A stretch of 64,000 nt of DNA from Anthoceros angustus. Its lineage: Eukaryota; Plantae; Anthocerotophyta. Below, piece by piece: positions 19,340 to 33,179 of the stretch. The number at the start of each line of letters is the position of its first letter. Position 1 is the first letter of the stretch. A model generated the notes under the pieces. The model did no database searches, was not told the DNA's origin, and worked only from the letters and a program-made list of their open reading frames with translations. The stretch lies in assembly GCA_010909165.1 (NCBI GenBank), contig VJWM01000187.1:310001-374000 (forward strand). Reading direction: 5' to 3'. Both the position numbers and the translations under genes were made by a program.

Positions 19340-22300
19340 CCTCCTGTCGGGTGGGACTCTATGTGGAGTGTAACCTTGTGTCCAGGGACACCGTGAGGTC
19401 CACATTTACCCTCAATGTCGTTGTAGTCTTGGGATTCGCTCCCAAGGGAATGATTTGTGCCAAGAGACGCTAACTTCTATCGTTTCTGACCTTCACCTAT
19501 CTATTCGTCTACTACTACCTCCCAATTTGTCTAACTACCACGGATCTTTCCACGACCTCACAGCTTATTCCACGACCTCCGTTCCCGAGCTACTACCGCG
19601 GTGGCTCTCACCACTACCGGGTAGTTGCTACGACTACCGGGGTGGGTCCCACACCAAACCCTAGCGACTCACCTCTGACGGCGCCTGCTGGTCCCGCCAT
19701 CGGCCATGATCGTTTTTATTACGCACCACACTTGTACTCACACACATCGATTCCTAGGGACCAACGTTCCACAGATCCCTCTCAACCGCTTCACACACAC
19801 ACAGGGCCGCCCTCACACAATTCTGGAAGGAATGATATTCCCACTTGTACTCACCTTCACGAACAGCACCGTCTTGGGATCCTCTCTGATCTGCGCAATT
19901 TCCACTGTTAGTCGCTTAGTTAGTTCTCCTCCCCATCTTCACCACACTGCCTTACACCTCGCGTCGCGTACAGTGCTCAGCCCCTCTTTCTTCTCCTCCT
20001 CGATTCGCTTCTTCCACTTCTCTCTCTCTCTCTCTCTCGACACGCCCTCAGGCTTTCATTCACACACACCACATACACTCTTAATTTGAACCACGGCCCA
20101 GGAAGGAAGGGTAAGGAGGAAGAATTCTCGGCCACAAGAAAAGTTACGAGCAAGCCCGCACGCCCCACCAATCCTTCCCCTCTCCTCCGTCGAGGCCTCA
20201 CCCCCTCCGCCGTCTGCGAACAAGCTCTCGACCACCCCTAGGGCGTCTCGCACCCTACCTCATCAATCGGACGTCTCCAACCAGCCACAGGCGTGGGGAT
20301 CTCAACGAGTGCTCCGCCATGAGGGGCAGTCGCCCCTCTTATACATCGGTGGGCGCCATGCCCCTAGGTCCCAAGATGGCTATCATGAAGGGCGCACCAC
20401 AATTCGGGCGATCTTAGGTCGATGCGGCATCCTAACCAAATCTATCCTTAGGATGCTATCACCTGCCTCGCTATCTCTGCGCGCCCTCCCTCGACTTGGC
20501 CGCTGGCCCGCCGTCCTCCATCGCGCCACGAGCCCTCACCCGCCGCGGTCAGCGGGTTTTCCCACAATACTTCCACCTCACATCCTGCTTTGGGCGTCCT
20601 AATTTGAGGTGTACTGCCTGGAGCTTCGCGTCTTCCGCCTTTATTGAGGATTATTACGGTTCCTCGTCCACCCAAGCTGGACCTCCTCCTCACTTAACTC
20701 CTCCAAAGTCGCCTCGCATAATAGGGGCCAACCCTCAGGCGCGATGGTAGAAGTATGCACTTGAGTCCTCACTTGCAGTAGGTAGGCCCTGATCCCTCCT
20801 ATTTCCACACGCACATGGGCGGTGAAGTTAAGCACGCGTTCCCCATTCACATATAGACCAGGAACATAAGTTTCCTCATCCATGTGCCGCAACATAATAG
20901 GACCTCTCTGTGAGGTGCTTACCCCTCCTCCGTGGCTACAGTGGTTGTGGCCCATGTCCTCGCGGGTGCGTCGCATCCTGCTCGCTCATGGCCGCTTGAG
21001 TTGGGCTTGCTGCCGCTTCCACTACAGTGGTGGACTCCACGGCCGTCGTCATTCAAACCTTAGGTGTTTGACTACTGATTCTTCCTTCCTTCCAGTTCCT
21101 TCCACTACCCGGTCGTGGTCTGCTACCTCGCTTCCTTCCCTTATCCTTTACGGCTCGTACGTGCCTCATCCGTTTATTCTCACGTTACAGGCCTTCTCCA
21201 GAGCCGCCTCTTGCTCACAGGGCTGTAGCACTCTCCCTGCATCTCTGGTTTGTCTCATGGGCATCCTTAATTTGAGCCATGGCGCTTCCTGTGACTCGAC
21301 ATGGCTGTAACTTCTCACAGGCCACTGCACCTCACAGATCTTGGCCCTTTTTTCCTCTAGGTCTCGCTTGTCTTCCTCCAGTTGCTTGCGCTTGGCCTCC
21401 CCTTCGTCAAACCTGGCCTTCACCACTTCCTCCGTCGCCCTTGCACACTGAGCCATGTGAGAGCCAAGGCCGCTTGATCTAACAAATCCGCTTGGGCCCG
21501 GATCATCGATGTGGTCAGCTCCTGCAAATCCACCTGTTGTGGCGGCCCCGCGCCAGACGCCATCCCCCTGTCGAGCACTTTCCTTCCCAGCAAGGTGCGC
21601 ACCCTCACCAATTCGGCTGCATCCACTTACATTGCGGTGGAGTCCCTTGAAAATCTCTTCCCATCTTTGAGGAGGTCCGTCAGCCCTAATTCCTCGGGGT
21701 TGGTTCATCTGCATCCAGTCGACTGCTGGTCTTCCTCCGCGCCTCTTCTTCCGCCACCTCAACTGCCGATTGGCCTTTACTTTCTGTGGCCTCGCCGACA
21801 CAGGTGGCGCGTCCACCTTCACCTTTTTGAGGCCGTTTGCCACCCCGGTCTTCCTCTTCTTCTTGGTGGAAATTTCCTTCTCTTCCTCGAGCTGCCGTGC
21901 AGACTCCCAATGTCGATTCCTCGATTTCCTCCTTGGGCTCCTCGCCTTCCACTTCACCTCCTAACGGCTTCCACATGTGAAGGAGGCCACAATTTCCTCT
22001 CGGCGGGCGGTTAGCATGCATAAAGATGGACCGGAATGGTGAAATTAGAGGTGAGGGGTAGGAGAAAATCGAGTTCAACCTCTCTTCACACAACATCGAA
22101 GAATTTCATCGATTTTCGCCCCTTGACAACTTCATGGAGGAGCGGCAAGTGGTCGGACAAATAATCCTTCTTGTCTTGTAGAAAACACGAAGCCATCGGC
22201 GGACCCATCAAGCTGCTGTTGCCAAATCTCGCGTCGGCGGCCGTTGGGTTCATTCGCCCGCCTTAACCGGGCGGTGCTTCTTCTTGCTCCTTTTAGGAGG

Positions 22301-23390
22301 TTCCATCACCAAACCACACCTCCTCCTTTTCCCCATACACCCTTCTAACCAATTCCAGTCCCAATCCACAGGGCTTCGCTCTAATCCCTTGCCCGATTGC
22401 TTGCCTTCGGATGGCGGGCGCACTCTGTCTCCAGTTCACGTAATTCCACCGCTTCTCCATGAAGCCCGGGCTCCTTCACCAATTCCCAGCTCGGACTTTC
22501 CAATGATCCATGTTTGGCCATTGGGCAAAAATTTTGTGACCTTGCGCCATTCACTCTCCACACAGCCTCGCGCCTCAAATCGTGACACCTCGCCAATTTC
22601 TGGCGAGTCGGTCTCAGGTTCCTACCTCCTCGGCAAGCCGCCCCGCCCGTGCCTTCCTCCTCTGGCGCGACTCATATCGGATGGGGTTGAGCTCCTTCCC
22701 TTCGTGTGCCTCGCCCTCCAGATCAATGTCCCCGGGCCGCTCCTCGACCGTCGCGCTCGGTGTCGTGCGCTCCGCCCCGCTCGTCCGGCCGCCCGTTACG
22801 CTCCTTATGCGAGCGGACTTCTATCTTCCTAGGGTTAAGTCCCCATGTTCCCCTACCCTGTTAAACTCGACCGCTCGCTCCACTCCCAATCCACAACCCA
22901 CACTCATTATTCCCTTGGTTGACTCAAACCTATAGACCATCACTCCCTACTTATACCAATCCTCTACCTCACATATATAGACCTTTTAGTGGACATCCCA
23001 AGTCCATGGGCCAAGGAACATTGAGTTCCCGGACCCTTTATTATCTAATCTAATAAAAAAAAAAAACCATAAGCCAAGGACGTTTCTTTTATAAATACTT
23101 TTGCCTACTGTCAACCTGACTTATTTTCACACCACACTTGACCCAAAAACCAAAAAAAAAAAAAAAAAACTACTTCAAGGACATTTCAACAGGGGGTTTC
23201 CGAGTCTAAATCGTTTACACTCTATACCCGGCGGATCAACGATTTCTGGCTCCGCCACCTTCTTCTTCACATGCTGGGTGAGCCTACTCATCTCCTCCTC
23301 CAGCATTGCCGCCACCTCGCGGCTGATATCAGGGGGGAACGCGGTCCGTTTCTCCCCTTCTTTTGGCCCTTCTTCGCTTCGCCCTACGGG
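19340..23390 (-). mobile_element. Nested ~4-kb fragment from the 3' (cargo) part of a related LTR element, inserted between the gag knuckle and protease of element A
   Basis: In sister element C the gag linker and protease are only a few hundred bp apart, whereas here 4 kb intervene. The fragment carries broken charged/coiled-coil ORFs (21957-21166, 20976-20641) and a TATA motif at 22961-22980 shared with 51701-51720. Confidence 0.55.
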
Positions 23391-25723
23391 GTAGGCGCCA
23401 CCACCGTGGGTGCCGGACTCTGGGGTAGTGCACCGCCCATTGGTAGGGTGGGCCCGTTCCTCCTCCTCTTCAGCGGGCGCCTCGCGTCTCGAGAGCCAGG
23501 TGAGTCGTCCCTCACCTTCCTCCTCTTCCTTTCCTCCTTCTCACCGTTTCTCCGACCTCCGGCCTTTCTCCTGTCGCTTCGATCTGGTGATCACCCTGGC
23601 CACCATCAACCCTTCATCTGCGCTCATCTCTCCCTCGTACCCTTCTTCACAATTCACGATGTCTTTGGATTCATCGAAAATCATATTCCTTCCACCTTGT
23701 GCAGGCGTCGTGGTCCTTGTAATCGCGGTTTCGGGGTTGGGTCGCCTCCTCTTCCCGGAGCTCCGTGAACTGACCCTGGTCGGTGTTACTCGCGCCACAC
23801 CCATTACAGGATCCCCATCTTATGCCCAATTCCTTGCATGCGACAAAGGGTACATAACCTACTTGCTTTCGAGGTTCTGGGCAATCATTTGAGTAGTGAC
23901 CCGGTGCTCCGCAATTATAACATCACAATGGAATCGCCATGCCTTTGTGATGAATCCGGTCTCCATGGTCTGGCGATGTCGGTCGCGATCCATACCTCGA
24001 GAGGCGGTGTAGCGGTTGGTAAGTCGCCCTCATTGATTGAGGTGGCCGACTTCGATGACCTTGCACTGGTAAGCTTCATCCACATACCAATAGTCCCACA
24101 GCAGCGGTTTCCACATGATTTACGCATGTCGTGTGTGAATACATTCCTGTTGTGTCCCGTTTGATGACAAATTGAGCAATATACCAACTATCTTGCCGGT
24201 GAGGGAGATCTCCATGGAGCTTGATTCTTCACAGCCTTGACTTCTAGCTCGGTCAATCTCTTGGTTAAAGCCTCCACTTGTCCAGCAATTCCGCCTCCAT
24301 GCGGACGTTTCTCCTTCTCCATCCGGACCGTCTTCCCTTTCCTCTCCTTCTCCAGGGCGCGTTCCGCCTCTTCCTGTCTCTTCTTGACCTTCTCCAGGTC
24401 CTTCTTCATTCGGCGCTCGTAGGCCTTCTCCGATTCCTCGTCCGATGTGGAACTTTCTTGAGTTCCGCTGTCCTCACTTTCGATGAGGATGGCGGCTGGA
24501 GAGGAGGAGGCGAGCTAGATCTCCTCGATCCTTTCCTCTTCTTATGACTCTTCTTCCTCCTCCTCCCCAACTCGGCGGACTCCCATTCCTCGAATCGGAG
24601 GCTCCCTGCGTCTTAGTCCGTCTGCGGTGTACCTCCATTTTCGGGACAAGCCACTCACAAACCAATCCAGTGCTTGCTCTTGTGAGTACCAGTGGGTGGA
24701 TCTGCCTCTCGGGTGCACATTTGAACTCGATCCGGATATCCATAAAACCTCTCCACATAATCGAACAAGATTCTCTCTTCCTCGAAGGGTCCTCGCTTGC
24801 CAAAGTATGGTGTGCGTGTGAGCCCTCGGAACCGATTCAAGAAGGCGCTTTGAGCTTCCCAATCGCCACCGTGTTGTGATACCATTGCGCATGCCCTCTC
24901 CGGTCCGGAAAGATCTTGCGATCGATCGACTCCATCCTCCAAATTAGCGTGGGAGGCGTGCTCAAAAGTTCTCCTGGCGCCTCGCGTCATCTCCCTTCTT
25001 TTTCGCCAATTTGACGTATTCTTTGGCGGTTGGGTGGCGGCCTCCTCCTCTTCTCCACTCATGTTGCTCCGTTGCTCCCGCTTCACTTCTTCTTCCCCGG
25101 TGGACCAAATCGCAGGCCTGAGGTGCTGAGTAGCGACCTCCAGTGGCGTCCCAGGTGGTCCCCAAGATGTTGGCGGTGATCGATCGGCGTTCAAAATCCT
25201 CCGACCGGGCTGAAATTCCCCTCAGCGACCTCGTCGTCGTCGATTTATTTGAAGCGGATGTAGTTCCGTCACAAAGGTCGCGTGGAAATTCCGTGATGCG
25301 AGTGGTGGCGCTCGGGAGGATGTCTCCTCCTCCTCTTCTTCCTCCTCCTCTTCTTCCTCCTCCTCCTCCTCTTCTTCCTCCTCCTCCTCCTCCTCCTCCT
25401 CCTCCTCCTCCTCTTCTCGCCTCTTCTTCCTGCGCCGATGGTAGCGGCAGTCTTCTTGATTCCTCCGTGAAGCTCGTAAATCCCTTGCGGTGGCGGTGGG
25501 GTGACCTTCCGCGTTATCCTCGAGGTCCCCCTACGGTCATGCATCCTCATGTCCTCCAACCCTTGTTGAAGGAAGCAAATCACACCCTTTAGTGTCTCAA
25601 CCATTCACCCCTATGACTTAGAGGCGTGGTTCCTTCTTCAACATATGGTCGACCCTCGGTCCCTTTGAAAACACTTGCAGCCTAGCGATGGAAACCACAA
25701 AACTTCAAACTTTCAACAACAAG

Positions 25724-25740
25724 TCCCGGCAGCGGCGCCA
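25724..25740 (-). promoter_or_regulatory. Primer-binding site, tRNA-Asp type (TGGCGCCGCTGCCGGGA)
   Basis: Nearly complementary to the 3' end of plant tRNA-Asp(GUC), as in Athila-type elements. It lies 4 nt from the LTR end. A degenerate duplicate is at 27350-27364. Confidence 0.85.
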
Positions 25741-28329
25741 AAAATGTGGGAGGAAAACCGGGGCACTCTAAGCGGCCACACTTATCCCTTTGTCGCTTGC
25801 GTTGGGTTTCGTCCCATGAGACTTGTGTGAAAGTTCGAGGTCTTGTGATGCCGATCGCTACTGGATGACACTTCTCGACCTTCTAAACAAGCAAGGCGCC
25901 CTCTACTCTCCCTCTTACAGTGCCTTTGCTCGAAAAATCACCAATCCTCGACCTACACGACACAATTGCGGTCACCTTAGCGTGAGCCTATCACGGGCGC
26001 CCGGGGACCCCCAGTCCACACCGCAATTTGTCCCTACTTCTAAGACCACTCTTCTCCACTCGGGGCGCGCTTTTTACTTGCAGTTGGGATTCGTCCCTTA
26101 GGCTCTGCTGTGGCCTTCCACTAACTACACTTCTAATCCTCTACTCATCTTCTCATCCTCTTCCTCCTATTCTAACCTCGATTCGGGCTTCTTGGCTCGC
26201 CCTTACGGCTGGCACAGGGTCGGCCTCCACCAGTTCTTCCTTGGGCGGTTGCTATGAGTTTGACACGACAGTGAGAACCTCCGAGTCTTTCCTGTGAGTA
26301 CCCAGTGGGTGGATCCCCGACCTCTCGGGTGCACTTGAACTCGATCCGATATCCATAGAACCTCTCTCCACATAATCGAACAGATTCTCTCTTCCCTCTG
26401 AAGGGTTCTGCCAAAGTATGGTGTGCGTGGTGAGCCCTGAACCGATTCAAGAAAGGCCTTGAGAGCTTCCCAATCCGTCGATTGCCACCGTGTTGTAGGT
26501 GCGACCATACCATTATGCCCTCTCGGCGATCCGGAAAGATCTTGCGATCGATCGGCGACTCCATCCTCCAAATTGGCGTGGGAGGCGTGCTCAAAAGTTC
26601 TTCGCCTCGCGTCATCTCCCCTTCTTTTTCAATTTGACGTATTCTTTGGTGGGTGGCGGCCACCTCCTCCAGTGGCTCCACTCATGTTGCTCAACAGGCC
26701 ACTCCCGCTATACACTTCTTCTTCCCCGGTGGGATCGATCGGGGCCTAGGTCTTTGAATTCCCGACCAGCGGAGGTGGCGACCTCCCATGGTCCCCAAAG
26801 ATCGATGGCGGTGATCGATCGAGGCGTTCGCCAAATCCTCCGACCGGGGCTGAAACCCTCACGACCTCGTTATCATTTTGTCGATTTATTTGGAAGCGGA
26901 TGTGGTTCCTCCGTCACATGGTCAACGTCGTGATTCGTGTGGTCGCTCGGGAGGATGTCTCCTCTTCTTCCTCACTCTTCCTCACTATCGTGATCTCGCC
27001 TTCTTCCTCCGATTCTCCACAGTCTCTGATAGCAGCGGTAAATCCTCTTCGTATCGTTTTCTTCCTTGTCGATGGGTAGCGGCAGCAACAATTTCTTCCT
27101 CAATGATTCCTCGGAAGCTCGTAATCCCTTGCGATGGGGTGACCTTCGCGTTCTCCTCAGGGTCTCCTACGACATCGCAAGCATCCTCATGTCCTCCAAC
27201 CACGATGTTAAGAAGGAAATCACACCTTTAGTGTCTCAACCATTCACCCTATGACAACTTAGTGTTCCTTCTTCATATGGTCTCGGTCCCTTTCAAACAT
27301 TGCAGCCTAGCGATGGAAACCACAAAACCTTCAAACTTTCAACAACAAGTCCCGGCAGCAGCCAAAAATGTGGGAGGAAAACCGGGGCTTCCCCTCTAAG
27401 CCCACCACTTATGTCGCCCGTCGTTGGGTTTCGTCCCATGAGACTTGTGTGAAATTCGAGGTCTGTGATAACCCGCTACTGTGACACAACTTCGACCTTC
27501 TAAACAAGCAAGGCGCCCTCTACTCTCCCTCTTCTGGTGCACCCTTTGCTCGAAAAATCACCAATCCTCGACCTACAGCGACACACAATTGCGAGTCACC
27601 TTAGCGGCGAGCCTATCACGGGCGCCAGGGACCCCAGATCCACACGCAATTTCGTCCCTACTTCTAAGACCACTCTTCTCCACTCGGGGCGCCCTTTTAC
27701 TTGGGATTATAGGCTCTGCTGGCCTTCACTAACATCTACACTTCTAATCCTCTACTCTTCTCATCCTCTTCCTCCTATTCTAACCTCGATTCGGGCTTCT
27801 TGGCTCGCCCTTGCAGCTGTTGCACAGGGTCGGCCTCCACCACAAGTTCTTCCTTGGGCCGGTTGCTATGAGTTTGACACGGGCAGAACCTCCGAGTCTT
27901 TCACATGGTCTACCCTCAAGCCGAGAGTTCACAGGCATTGCCACACACCCAAAGCAAAGCAATTTCACGGCAACCATTCACAAGGGGAGCAACTCGTTTA
28001 GGCACTTGCGGTGAGCAAGTCCTCCACTCAGACCACGCGACTTCCTCTCTGCAGACTGCGTTGGCTCACGGTGCGAAATTCCTTTACAAGGGCAAAGGAC
28101 TCGAGTATGGGCGCAAAGGCGTGATACTTTACTTTGTGAAATCCTCCTCCTCTTATGAGGCCTTCCACATACAACCTCCTTGGTGACCCTCTGCGGTCAC
28201 CTTTTCCAATATTCTATTATTTCCTACCGCATTTAAGGGCACTCTAAGTCTCTTGTCGATTCCTAAATTCTATTCTAGTAACTTCACCTAAGATCATCCT
28301 TAAAGGATGTCGACCTCACCTATCCTTTC

Positions 28330-30600
28330 TATTCTTCCATCATTTATGGTCTTTGACCATATCTAGTCCTCTTATTTGGTGGCGTCCTTGTGGATTGGCT
28401 CCTCCTCCTTTTGCTCTGCCCTTCCCAGTTGTCACCTTCCTTGTGGGCAAGTACATCTTCCTCTCATCTCGGTGGCGCCCTTGATTCCTTGTCCCCGGCA
28501 ATCGCCCCCTCCTCGGGCGCCTTTCTTCGCCTCGCGCTCCTTCATCACCCCCGGTAGTGGCGGGGTAGTGACTACCATGGTAGTCCCCTATCTCCTTCCT
28601 CCTCTCTCCATTGTGATGCTTGGGTTGGGATCCTTTTGCTCCTTCCTGTTTGGTTTGTCCATACCTATCATGGAGCATTTCTCAAGGACCCCTTGTCTTG
28701 TGCCACTAACTCTCGGGCCTTTCTTTATTGGTCTCCTCCCAGCCGGGCTCTTCCCTTGTCGTGGGGTGAGAATTCCACCCCTCCCCTTCCTCGTGGATCG
28801 GGTCGCCCTTAATCTCCTCCGGTGGGGTTGTCTCCCACCACCTCGCCTTCTCTCCGGGGGTACCACGGACCCCGGCTCCTTCATTCACGGTGGGCCTCGG
28901 CCCGGCTCCCCGGCGGGCTCGCGCGTGCCACCCTACCCCGTGGTGGACTCTGGGCGTGGGTGGTCCTGTGATGAGACTACAGGTGGTGGGTGACCCTTGG
29001 GAGGCGGGCTGTCCCCCCTCCCTCTCCGCTCCTCCACTCTTGGCCTTGGCCTCCTCCATCTCGGTCTCCTGGACTCTTGAGTCCATGTCACTATGGCCTC
29101 ATCAAAATCGAGGCCTCTGCTGCGCTCCTTCCATCATCATCATGAGGACCTAATGTCCTCCTCTTGGCCAATTAAGATCTCATTGTTGGCCTTCAAATCC
29201 TGTGGAGATGGGCCCATATTGCATTTGGAGATCATCAATCTCCGGGCCACTCTCCATCCTCACACCTACCCTTGTAGGCGTCTCATGGTCAATCCCCACC
29301 TTCACATGGAGGGTCACATTCCTCCTCACTTCTCACCTTGGCCATCTTCAAGGGCATAATCCGCCTCTCCCTCACCACCAGATTCTATGTACCACTTCTT
29401 GTGGTACCTCCTCCTGAGACCTCTTCCCCTCCAGTCCTTAGTTTAGCAAGTCCTTCCTCTCCACTGAAGCACTCTTCTCGCGCTCCAGCTCCTGCAATTG
29501 CTGGTCTTGAGCTCCCAACTCCGCGCGCTTCTCCTCCAAATTGTACCAGGTCCGTCTCAACTCCTCTTCCATGTCCCGGATTTTGATGGCTTGGGTAGCC
29601 ATCACCTGCTCCTGTGCGTCCATTTGTTGGACCGCTACCTTCTCCCTTCCCAAAGCCTCCATTTTGCCCTTCCGCTCTTGCTCTAATTGGGCAAAATGTT
29701 CCTCCGCCTTCTGTTTCCACGAATCCCTTTGAGTGGTTGCTCGGATAGCCCTTTCCTCTGTTTGGGACAACCTCCCCTCTAGGACCTTCTCCGCTCTCCG
29801 CCGGTCCACAAGATCCCGCTGGAGTTTCTCCACAGCCTTCTCCAACTTGGCTGCCTTCTCATCGGACTCCATGGCCTCCAATGCCATTGGTCCCTCGCCT
29901 CCTCTCCGCCATCTCTCTTGACTTCCTCCCGACATGCCCACAAGGAGGCGCTAGTTCCCTAGCCCCTTCAAGTCCACGCGGCCGAGTGCTTCACAAGCAC
30001 TCAACTCCTAGGGGTCCTAATTCCACTGGCCTCTTGCTGGAAATTTCCAGCCTTTCCACAATCCTCGGGCCACGGCGCCAGGGTCCTCACCGCCCCATCC
30101 GCTCTCCCACCTGGGCGGGTGATGGCGGCGGCCTGCCGCCTGGCCGCTTCTCCTTCCCTTCCCCACCAGGGTGCCGCACTGCGTGGGTGCTAACTACATG
30201 TAGTCGCCCCTCACTGTGGTAGTGACGTGCCTACCACGGTAGTCCGCACCCTCGTAGGCTGCCTCCCTACCGGTAGTGCCTCTTCCTAGGCACATGCAAT
30301 GGTGGGGACTCCCCACCCTTGGCGCGTAGTTCTCTCATAAACTACCACTTGGCCCTCTTTGGCGATCTTGCTCTTCTCCTCCTCCTGCTCTTGTGGGGAA
30401 AGGCCTCCCCGGCAACCTTATTGCCTCCACTTCCTCCGCCTCCTCCCCGTGTGCTTGTGGAGGTCTGTCCTCCCATGGTCCTCCTCAGCGCAAAGGGTAG
30501 AGGCCTCTCTAAGCTTGGCTGGAGGTGGATGACCTCAAAAGGATGCCACGCATCCTCAAGCTCCTTGCTGGTCAAGAGCCCCTCTGTCTCCCATAAATGC
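28330..30600 (-). mobile_element. Cargo/extra ORF region (coiled-coil, frameshifted) of a Ty3 element lying 5' of element A's LTR
   Basis: ORF 29941-29438 is a long heptad-like E/K/Q/R-rich stretch, with further fragments at 29086-28340 and 30575-30342. It is interrupted at 30601 by a copia-type LTR. Confidence 0.5.
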
Positions 30601-30811
30601 TGTTAGAAATAACAGTTGTTTATTTGTTCATTGTAATATACATAGGGTTTGTCATTAGGGCACCCTTTAGGTAGTTTTCTGTTGTAACCGTTTTATGAGA
30701 CTTGGACTTCATATCTGTGTTCTCTCCTTAATCAAGACACACTCACACGTTGTAAGTTACTCATTTACATGATACTCGATCGATATCCCAAAAGCCACAT
30801 GGTATCGAGCC
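30601..30811 (+). mobile_element. Short (199-bp) TG..CA LTR with a tRNA-iMet PBS (TGGTATC[A]GAGC), copia-like 5' end, copy 1
   Basis: TGTTAGAAAT...AAGCCACA (30601-30799) is immediately followed by TGGTATCGAGCC and a degenerate gag-like leader to ~31260. Confidence 0.8.
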
Positions 30812-32524
30812 ATGTGCGACTGTGCCTTGCTTGCATTAGTTTATCCTAGCCATTGTCACATGCATAAGATACGAAACCCTAGTCACAGATAGGGCGGGAT
30901 GCCTCGGAAATCATCTTAAACAATCGCTGCGATAAGGAAAAATTGATCCTCCTCGCATCGCATTTGAGAGGAAATACTTCAAGAAAGGAGCTTCCGCAGC
31001 TGAAAGGATTGAAAGATCACGTTTCCTCTACGTCCTTGTCAATTCTCAATTCCCTGCAGAGGAAGGCCGAGATTAATCGAATGGTGATCAACCCCGGGAG
31101 GCCCCGTCTCATGCAGGAATCGCATAATCCAATTGCATCAAACTCTGCACAATCCAGTAATCCGAAGCGTTACCAAGAAAGGTTTACTGAACATGATGTT
31201 ATTCTGAATTCCATCTTGAATGTGCGGAGCACTTTGCTGGAGGACTCCTTTGCTGGAGGACTCCTTTTCGAGTGGTCGAGGAGGAAGGACGGTGAGCGAT
31301 AAGGCAGCCATGCGGGGAGACTCGAGAACACTTAGAAGAATTCTGGAGGAGAAAATCGATCGCAAAGGAAGGATTTTTGGAGAAGCTCTCGCCCAAGCGC
31401 GTGAAAGATGAAGACGCTGCAATGCGAGGAGTGCGCAAGGCGCCAGCAAGAAGGAGGGAGCCTCACAAGAAAGGAGAAGAAGAAAGAAAAGTGAAGGAGA
31501 AGCCCGAGAAGGATCCGCCGAGAAGGAGGGGCCAGGATTTTGTGCCAGCTGCAAGTCTCCTCCAGAGACTTATGGGATTTTCGACAAGTCAATGAAAAAT
31601 GTGCAGCTGGGTTTACGATAGGCATTGGGCCTATTCTAATGTGGAATTGGTTGAGTCTTGCTCTGTGCAATGAATCGACGGAGGGAGAAACAGAGGACTG
31701 ACGGAGAGGAACGTGATGATCCAAGGATGGACCGCCCAAAGACATTCGTAAGGTATATGGGAGGCCGTAAACCGAGTGATGGTGTGGCTCCCACGAGAGG
31801 AATGAAGATGGCCTCCAATTGCCAGGTCCTGCCTTCCTCCGGCCATGTCTTGGGCCTTGACTTCCTCTTGGCATGCCCACAAGGAGGCTGCTGGTCCCTA
31901 GCCCCTTCAAATCCACGGTGAGTGCTTCACAAGCACCCATTCTCCTAGGGTCCTAATTCCACCTCTTCTTCTTTGGAAATTTCCAGTCTCCACTCTCGGG
32001 CCATCGGCGCGTCCCTTCACGTCGCTCCATCCGCTCTCCCGGTAGCGGGTGATGGTGGCTGGCGCCTCGGCGCCTCATGGCGCTTCTCCTTCCCCTTCCA
32101 CAGGCTGCACCCGGCGTGGGGTGCTGCTCAGTGGTGCACCATGGTGAGGGTGTGCCCCTACATAGTCTGCCCACCCTTGGGTGGGTGCCTCCCTCAAGGG
32201 TAGGCTGAGGGTGCCTCTCTAGGCACAAATGGTGGTGGGGACTCCCCACCCTTGGGGCATGGTCCTTCTCTCATAGACTACCATTGGCCTTCTTGGCCGG
32301 TTCTTGCTCTTCTCTCCCTTGCTTGCTCTGTGGGGAAAGGATTCCCCTCGGCAACCTTGTTGCCTCGCACTTCTCCTCTTCTAGCATGCTTGTGTGAGTC
32401 GACCTCCCCGTCTTCATGCAAAGGCAAGGCCTTTCCAAACCTCGGTGGAGGTGGATGACCTCAAAGGGATGCCACGCATCCTCAAGCTCCTTGCTGGTCA
32501 AGAGCCCTCTCTCCCATAAATCTT

Positions 32525-32741
32525 TGTTAGAAATATGATTGTTTATTTCATTGTCATTGTAATATACATAGGGTTTGTCATTAGGGCACCCTTTAGGTAG
32601 TTTTCTGTTGTAACCGTTTTATGAGACTTGGACTTCATATCTGTGTTCTCTCCTTAATCAAGACACACTCACACGTTGTAAGTTCTGCTGTTTACGCAAT
32701 CTGTCGATCTGATATCCCAAAACGCTACATGGTATCAGAGC
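32525..32741 (+). mobile_element. Short (205-bp) LTR with a tRNA-iMet PBS, copy 2, created by the 1.93-kb tandem duplication
   Basis: TGTTAGAAAT...CGCTACA|TGGTATCAGAGC, a perfect iMet PBS at 32730-32741. Confidence 0.85.
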
Positions 32742-33179
32742 CATGTGCGGCCTGTGCCTTGCTTGCATTAGTTTATCCCTAGCCATTGTCACATGCATAA
32801 GATACCTGAAACCCTAGCTGCGTATAGGCGGGATGCCTCATGATCATCTTAAACAATCCGGCTGAGTCGATAAAAAAATTCGATGTCCTCTCGGGCGCAT
32901 TTGAGAGGAAATACTTCAAGAAAGGAGCTTCCTTGTGAAAGGATTGAAAGATCACGTTTCCTCTACGCCCTTGTCAATTCTCACCCCCCTGCGAAGGCCG
33001 AGATTACGAATCGGTGATCAACCCCAAAGGAGGCAGTGCATGCAGAATCGGTAAACAAATCCAATTGCATCAAACTCCACAATCCGGTGTCCAAGCGTTA
33101 CCAAGAAAGGTTTACGAACATGATGTTATTCTGAATTCCATCTTGAATGTGCGGAGCACTTTGCTGGAGACTCCTTGGA

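Larger units (their letters stand above)
18290..28300 (-). mobile_element. Ty3/gypsy LTR retrotransposon A (non-chromovirus, Athila-like PBS): 5' LTR, PBS, gag, protease and the start of RT; 3'-truncated at ~18290; contains a nested fragment and a tandem duplication
   Basis: LTR ends at 25745 and 27369 (CCCACA on the minus strand) are followed by TTTT and a PBS. It has a Retrotrans_gag-like core (DWEAxxSAFLNRFRGL, FDYVERFYGY) at ~24700-25000, a CCHC knuckle (CSICHQTGH) at ~24170, the protease ORF 19335-18577, and the RT N-terminus (YVDVFAF) at ~18300. The right LTR boundary is approximate. Confidence 0.85.

Noticed and set aside
30601-32741. TRIM/mini-retrotransposon formed by the two ~200-bp LTRs
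   Set aside because: Both LTRs are followed by a PBS and preceded by the same foreign flank. They are the product of a tandem duplication, not a 5'/3' LTR pair.
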